A stretch of 64,000 nt of DNA. Source: an uncultured delta proteobacterium. Its GTDB lineage: Bacteria > Desulfobacterota > Desulfobacteria > Desulfobacterales > JAHEIW01. Of this stretch, positions 58,922 through 64,000 are shown one piece after another (positions within the stretch are counted from its first letter, which is position 1; every line of letters starts with the position of its first letter). The notes under the pieces are model-generated. The model searched no databases, was not told where the DNA came from, and saw nothing but the letters and a program-made list of their open reading frames with translations. Position numbers and translations under genes: made by a program. The stretch is from NCBI GenBank assembly GCA_963706575.1, contig CAVPNL010000014.1:1-64000 (forward strand), read 5' to 3'.

Positions 58922-59830
58922 CTAGTTTCCGCTCTTCTGATGTTTTTTGAGAAATGCGGCAAGATCCTGCGCTGTTGGTATGGCCGGGCGCGCACCATAC
59001 TTGGTGCAACACTGGGCAGCGACTGCACTGGCATAGGTCAGCAGGTCGCGCCAGGGCTTGCCGTATGCCAACCCGGCTGCAAAAGCACCGTGGAAAGCAT
59101 CACCGGCGCCGGTGGTATCCACCGCATCAATGGAAAATGCCGGCAAGCTGCCGCTGCCATCCTCATTTTTCCAGACGAGTCCCGCTTCGCCCAGGGTTAT
59201 GACAACTGCAGGACTATGTTGGCCCAATTTTAAAGCGGCCTGTTGCGGATCTTCTTTGCCGGTACACTCACGCGCAAATTTTTGCGAAACGACTGCGTAA
59301 TCCACCTGTCCCAATAATTTCAGGGAACCCCTGTGAACCGATCCGGCATCGAGGACGGTTGATATCCCCCGGTCTTTAATGGCCTTCATTAGCGCCAGAG
59401 AAACTTCAGGCTCATGGCCGTCAAACAAAATCACCTGCGGATACCATCTCGATAAATCCATGCTGTCCGCCGGCAAAGGCGCGGTCTCGCCTTTGTAGTT
59501 CACCACCGTGCGCCTTCCATCCGGTTTAACCAAAATTGCCGAAAGCGGTGTCGGTGAATCACCGCGAACAACTAAATCGGTATTTACCTCCGCCTGGTTC
59601 AATTCCTCTAAATGCCGCTGACCATAAAAATCGTTGCCCAAATATCCGGCAAAAGCAGATTTGAGACCCAGACGCGAAACCGTCACCGCCGCATTCGCCG
59701 CCGGCCCGCCACCGCAACTGATGAACTTCTCCGCAAAGGTCTTTTCGTCTGCATCCGGGTGATGATCAACAGCAAATACCAGGTCATAGGAAGCATGCCC
59801 GACACAGAGTACATCCACATTGGTTTTCAC
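58922..59830 (-). CDS. PfkB-family carbohydrate kinase
   Basis: GGGPAANAAV..RLG; DTTGAGDAFHG. Confidence 0.95.
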   Translation of the reverse strand: MKTNVDVLCVGHASYDLVFAVDHHPDADEKTFAEKFISCGGGPAANAAVTVSRLGLKSAFAGYLGNDFYGQRHLEELNQAEVNTDLVVRGDSPTPLSAILVKPDGRRTVVNYKGETAPLPADSMDLSRWYPQVILFDGHEPEVSLALMKAIKDRGISTVLDAGSVHRGSLKLLGQVDYAVVSQKFARECTGKEDPQQAALKLGQHSPAVVITLGEAGLVWKNEDGSGSLPAFSIDAVDTTGAGDAFHGAFAAGLAYGKPWRDLLTYASAVAAQCCTKYGARPAIPTAQDLAAFLKKHQKSGN

Positions 59831-59850
59831 TTTAAACTCATAGAATCGAT

Positions 59851-61587
59851 CTATGACTTTTTAAGTTCCTCGTCCCTGAGTACACGCCGGAGCACCTTGC
59901 CCACATTGGAGACCGGTAGACTTTCGCGGAATTCAACCTGCTTTGGCCGCTTGTAACCGGCCATGTTCTCTTTGCTAAATTCCTTAATTTCTTCTTCGGT
60001 GGCCGTTTCTCCAGGCTTGAGCTGAATAAAGGCTTTGACGGCCTCTCCGCTTTTTTCATCCGGCGCTCCGATCACAGCGGCCAGCTCCACTTTGGGATGT
60101 TGAAAAAGAATATCTTCCACATCCCGCGGATAGACATTAAAGCCGCCGACTAAAATCAGGTCCTTTTTACGGTCGGTCACCAGGATATAGCCTTCTTCAT
60201 CGACATGACCGATGTCGCCGGTTAAAAAATATTTTTTCCCATCGATTTCGCGGAACACTTCCTCGGTTTCTTCAGGACGATTCCAGTAGCCCTGCATCAC
60301 CTGGGGACCACAGATGGCAATTTCACCATCTTCACCCTGGGACAGCTCTTTGGTTGCAGTTTCAATATCCAGAATTTTAATGTCGGTGCCGGGTACCGGA
60401 AAGCCGATCGAACCAATTTTTCGCTGGCCCGTATTGGTGGGATTTGAAGTTGCCACCGGGGTGGTTTCGCTCAAGCCATAGCCTTCAAATATGACGGCAC
60501 CGGTCTTTTCCTCAAATTGTTTACAGACTTCCGGCGGCAAAGGCGCGCCACCGGAAAAACAACCCATCAATGAGGTTAGATCAAACTTCTCCAGGAGCGC
60601 GTGGTTGGTAAAAGCCACAAAAATGGTCGGCACCGCCGGCATGACGGTGGGTTTGTGCTTCTGCACGATTTTCAGAACTTCGGTAAAGGGCGGATTGCCG
60701 GCCCTGGGATCGGGGACACAAATAATCGCACTGCCGGTTCCACAGGCTGACAACATCGCCACGGTCAAACCAAAGCTATGGTACCAGGGCAGAACCCCCA
60801 GGTAAGTATGGAATCCCCCTGGTCTTAATTTTTCCGGCTTTCCCCCGGGTTCATGCACCAAACGCCCCCATTCTTCCAGGGCCATCAGATTGGAGGTAAA
60901 GTTGGTGTGTGCCAGGGCTGCTCCTTTGGGAACCCCCGTGGTTCCACCGGTATATATGATTAAGGCCAGATCTTTAGCCGGATTAATTTCGACTTCCGGC
61001 GGCCGGGGCTGGGCACCGGCGACCACATCATCAAAAAAAAGATGACCCGGCTGGTAGTTTCCGGCTTTCGGTATTTTCCCTAAAAGCCCCCCGATAAAGG
61101 CTTTGATCGGCGGCAGGTAGGATTTGACCCCGCAGACAACGACCGTCTCAATGTCTGTGTCTTTAATTGCTTCGACGGTGGTGGGATAAAACTGAGGGTG
61201 ATCCATGCAAAAGACCGCTTTGGCCCCGGCATCATTCAACTGGTAATTGAGCTCATTTGCCGTGTAGAGGGGATTGCAGGTAACGCACACGGCTCCGGCT
61301 TTTAAAATACCGAAAAATATGGCCGGATAGTGCGGCAAATTGGGCAGGAAAATGGCCACACGGTCTCCTTTTTGAATGCCGCGTGAGGCCAGAAAATTGG
61401 CGATGCGATCTGCCGTATCTTTGACCTGAGCATAGGTGCGGGTGGCATCGTTGAAAATCGTGTATACCTGATTGGGGTAATTGCTGGCAGACTCATCAAG
61501 TATGGAATACAGAGGTTTTTCATATCCGGTAATTTCGTGGGGTACGTCTTCCGGCCAATTGGGTGCCGGCCAGGTTGTGGCTGCCAT
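59851..61587 (-). CDS. fadD: Long-chain-fatty-acid-CoA ligase
   Basis: YTGGTTGVPKG, EGYGLSE, TGDIG, DRKKD, VGKVLRR. Confidence 0.93.
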   Translation of the reverse strand: MAATTWPAPNWPEDVPHEITGYEKPLYSILDESASNYPNQVYTIFNDATRTYAQVKDTADRIANFLASRGIQKGDRVAIFLPNLPHYPAIFFGILKAGAVCVTCNPLYTANELNYQLNDAGAKAVFCMDHPQFYPTTVEAIKDTDIETVVVCGVKSYLPPIKAFIGGLLGKIPKAGNYQPGHLFFDDVVAGAQPRPPEVEINPAKDLALIIYTGGTTGVPKGAALAHTNFTSNLMALEEWGRLVHEPGGKPEKLRPGGFHTYLGVLPWYHSFGLTVAMLSACGTGSAIICVPDPRAGNPPFTEVLKIVQKHKPTVMPAVPTIFVAFTNHALLEKFDLTSLMGCFSGGAPLPPEVCKQFEEKTGAVIFEGYGLSETTPVATSNPTNTGQRKIGSIGFPVPGTDIKILDIETATKELSQGEDGEIAICGPQVMQGYWNRPEETEEVFREIDGKKYFLTGDIGHVDEEGYILVTDRKKDLILVGGFNVYPRDVEDILFQHPKVELAAVIGAPDEKSGEAVKAFIQLKPGETATEEEIKEFSKENMAGYKRPKQVEFRESLPVSNVGKVLRRVLRDEELKKS

Positions 61588-61764
61588 ATGAACCTCCTTT
61601 GGTTATTGGTTGCTAAAAACACCTCCTTCAAGATCAATCATTCTCAAAGCTTATAGTGAATTGCGTCCTGGGTGTCAAACAAGAAAGCACGAATCGTTTA
61701 TTAAGATGGCGACACAAAGATTTAAACCCGAACAGGAATCTGTGAATTCTTGGTAGAAGGAAGG

Positions 61765-62523
61765 TTAGAAATAGGCAGAGAATTCCGTTTTGATCACGTC
61801 AAAAAGCTCTTGGCCGATCGACAGACCCAGATCAATAAATTGCGGGCCATATTTTTGGCCGGTGGTGGTTCTGAATGTGGTTTTAATGCTCTCGATTTTT
61901 TCCATTCCCTGGGGATAGCCGTCAATGAATTTTGTGAGCGGCGGGTTAAAATAGGATACCATGTCCCAGAGGGTATCATGGAAATTATCCGGGCCCCAGC
62001 GGAATTTGTCCGCGTCATAAAGACAATTGGAGATCAGCTCCCCCTCGGGTGAATTGGCATCAACAGGCGCTTTAAAGGCCTCATGATTTTGGATGGCATT
62101 GGAGATATGGTTAATTTCTTCAACCGAAAACGGATATTTTTTGAGCATTTTCTTCGCATGCACAGCGGCGTGGGAGGAGTGGTCCTTTTTTTTGCGTTGG
62201 ACATCATGCAGCAAGCCGGCGACCTGGGCCAAACAAACCAGACGCGAAAGCGGGTCTTCGTCATAACCGCTCTGGCGGGCTTCGATCACCATTAATGTGC
62301 CCGCATCGTGAGACACCTTGACTGCATGCATCAGACCGTGTCCAAAATCATCCTCCAGGGTTGCGGCTACGAATGAGAGCAGTTTTTTGATGACACGGTC
62401 GCCGTCAAAAAACTGCCTGGAGGCCTCATAGTCAAGAGAATGATCGTGATAGAAATCCGGGGCGGGATGGCGTAAAATGATCTGGCGGGCTCGCTTACGA
62501 ATTTGATGATAAATTGGCTGCAT
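61765..62523 (-). CDS. HD-domain protein
   Basis: GHGLMH..LLHD..HE..YDADK. Confidence 0.88.
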   Translation of the reverse strand: MQPIYHQIRKRARQIILRHPAPDFYHDHSLDYEASRQFFDGDRVIKKLLSFVAATLEDDFGHGLMHAVKVSHDAGTLMVIEARQSGYDEDPLSRLVCLAQVAGLLHDVQRKKKDHSSHAAVHAKKMLKKYPFSVEEINHISNAIQNHEAFKAPVDANSPEGELISNCLYDADKFRWGPDNFHDTLWDMVSYFNPPLTKFIDGYPQGMEKIESIKTTFRTTTGQKYGPQFIDLGLSIGQELFDVIKTEFSAYF

Positions 62524-62547
62524 GTGTGGGAATGCTGGAGCTATCCT

Positions 62548-62663
62548 GATTTTAGATTTTGGCCTGCGACGAGCTCAGTCGAGTCGAATTTGGATTGCGG
62601 ATTTGGAATGGTGGAGACTTAAGGCGCGTCTTATCAGTCTGTTTTTAGATCCAAAATCCAAAT
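62548..62663. repeat. Heptamer fold-back repeat with 25 bp hairpin insertion
   Basis: gattttagattttgg[cctgcgacgagctcagtcgagtcga]atttggattgcggatttgg...atccaaaatccaaat. Confidence 0.72.
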
Positions 62664-62668
62664 TGCGA

Positions 62669-63166
62669 TTATATCTGAGACAACGAAAACGGTTTGCCGC
62701 AAACTTTCCATGTGTCGTCTTCTTTGACCAGCGTCAGGGTTTCATCAACCTTGTGGGATTCGATCAGAAAAAACAATTTTCCAACAATTGCAAAAACAGG
62801 ATTAATTGAACGCAGCCGTTCACCTGTAATTTTAACCTTGGCCTGGTTTTCATCGGTCATCTGAATTTTGGTAGAAATATGCGAAAGCTGGTTTCGCATA
62901 TAACTCGGTGAAAAGCCCATCGATCTGGCTTCGTCGGCAACAGAATTCAGATAGTCACCCACAAGATCAACTTCTTCATCATCAACAATTTCGCGGCAAA
63001 GCAACTCCGACATCGAAGCGCCGTCCAGCATGAAATACGCTTTTGTGAAATCAACCGCTGCTTCCACGGGACTATCCACTTTACCGACATAGATCAGGAG
63101 CCCCTGCAGAATAACAAAAACCCCGACAACGAAGCCAATGATCATAACATTTTTAGCGGTTAGCAT
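62669..63166 (-). CDS. Membrane-anchored hypothetical protein (NTF2-like pattern)
   Basis: AGGAGG RBS; N-terminal TM; ends LTLVKEDDTWKVC. Confidence 0.8.
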   Translation of the reverse strand: MLTAKNVMIIGFVVGVFVILQGLLIYVGKVDSPVEAAVDFTKAYFMLDGASMSELLCREIVDDEEVDLVGDYLNSVADEARSMGFSPSYMRNQLSHISTKIQMTDENQAKVKITGERLRSINPVFAIVGKLFFLIESHKVDETLTLVKEDDTWKVCGKPFSLSQI

Positions 63167-63395
63167 TTATTTGACCTCCTTCAAATCTTGCTAAAATATA
63201 ATCCGATTTAAGCATTTTCCCTAACACAAAAATATTGTCGATGACAAGAATTTTTAAATTACCCGTCGGATTTCTTTGGATTGCCGAAATCAGCAGATTG
63301 GGCTATCGTTAAAGGTATCAGGAATGTACCGCAAAAACTGTAGATTGCGTGACTTTAAATATCGCGATCCGCAAAACAAAAAGAACTGAGGGTAA

Positions 63396-63773
63396 ATGAA
63401 GATGGGATCTGAAAACGAAAATATCTTCCGCCACATCCGAAATGCCGTGGTCTATTCATGGGCCGGGTTGAAAACCGCCTGGAATAATGAGATGGCTTTC
63501 CGGACCGAAGCCATTGTAATTGCATTCCTAATGCCCATCGGCATCTGGATGGGTGAAACGGCTGTACAATGGGCGTTACTTATCGGCTCTGGCATGCTGG
63601 TTCTGATTACCGAGTTGCTGAACTCAGCCGTCGAAAACGTTGTGGACCGCATCAGTGCGGAACATCATATTTTGTCCAAGCAGGCAAAGGATTTGGGCTC
63701 GGCAGCCGCTGCCGTGAGTATGCTGACTGCAGTGGTGGTGTGGGGTCTGATCGCGTACGAGTGCCTAAAATGA
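63396..63773 (+). CDS. dgkA: Diacylglycerol kinase
   Basis: SWAGLK.AW.NEMAFRTE; ELLNSAVENVVD; KQAKDLGSAA. Confidence 0.95.
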   Translation: MKMGSENENIFRHIRNAVVYSWAGLKTAWNNEMAFRTEAIVIAFLMPIGIWMGETAVQWALLIGSGMLVLITELLNSAVENVVDRISAEHHILSKQAKDLGSAAAAVSMLTAVVVWGLIAYECLK

Positions 63774-63881
63774 ACTAAAGTGAGCTAAAGTGCCTAAAGT
63801 TAAGGTGTCGCTGCGCTCGATCTTTTTTATTAAAATGGCAGAATTCCCTAACTTTAGTCACTTTAGTTCACTTCTCACTTT
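63760..63881. repeat. TGCCTAAAG-type fold-back element overlapping the dgkA 3-prime end
   Basis: gtgcctaaaaTGAactaaagtgagctaaagtgcctaaagtt...aactttagtcactttagttcactt. Confidence 0.82.
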
Positions 63882-63894
63882 TTCAAACAGTATT

Positions 63895-63999
63895 CTAGCG
63901 AACAATGCATTTTTCAACCCAAGGCTCGGCGACCGCTTTGAGCTGCATCAGTTCATCATCGGTATATTCGTAATTAATTTCCTTAAAAAAATCCGGGTG
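63895..63999 (-). CDS. 3-prime end of a gene running off the window
   Basis: Open frame HPDFFKEINYEYTDDELMQLKAVAEPWVEKCIVR* with stop at 63895-63897. Confidence 0.55.
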   Translation of the reverse strand, partial: HPDFFKEINYEYTDDELMQLKAVAEPWVEKCIVR

Positions 64000-64000
64000 T

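Overview
Gene-dense 64 kb bacterial chromosome segment, most likely from an anaerobic Desulfobacterales-type deltaproteobacterium (inferred from gene content and intergenic repeat style). I found no rRNA, tRNA, CRISPR array, transposase, integrase or reverse transcriptase. About 60 CDS are supportable. Main blocks: (i) housekeeping and hypothetical genes (PanE-hotdog fusion, Hsp33, M1 peptidase, ChaN, NUDIX, cfa-like methylase plus geranylgeranyl-reductase-like flavoprotein, TatD, DUF123 nuclease); (ii) a TetR-controlled CoA-transferase-like/GNAT fusion and a frameshifted molybdopterin oxidoreductase; (iii) an AT-rich cytochrome b/dihaem cytochrome c/VIT/NfeD island; (iv) a MacAB-OMF exporter divergent from an ECF sigma/anti-sigma/Spy-like triad, with twin ECF promoters; (v) an unusual peroxisome-style beta-oxidation operon built from two multidomain fusions (hydratase-2/SDR/SCP2 and Cys-less HMG-CoA-synthase-fold/DUF35/SDR), an SCP2-type thiolase and an acyl-CoA dehydrogenase; (vi) an RND pump, PfkB, FadD, an HD protein and dgkA. 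Intergenic DNA is crowded with small non-autonomous palindromic elements: TA-flanked MITE-like elements whose terminal TAG is the stop codon of neighbouring genes, a ~50 bp hairpin seen only inside those MITEs, 7-mer and 9-10-mer periodic fold-back repeats, a REP doublet, and a 2.25 kb segment bounded by long inverted arms that encloses three cargo genes.
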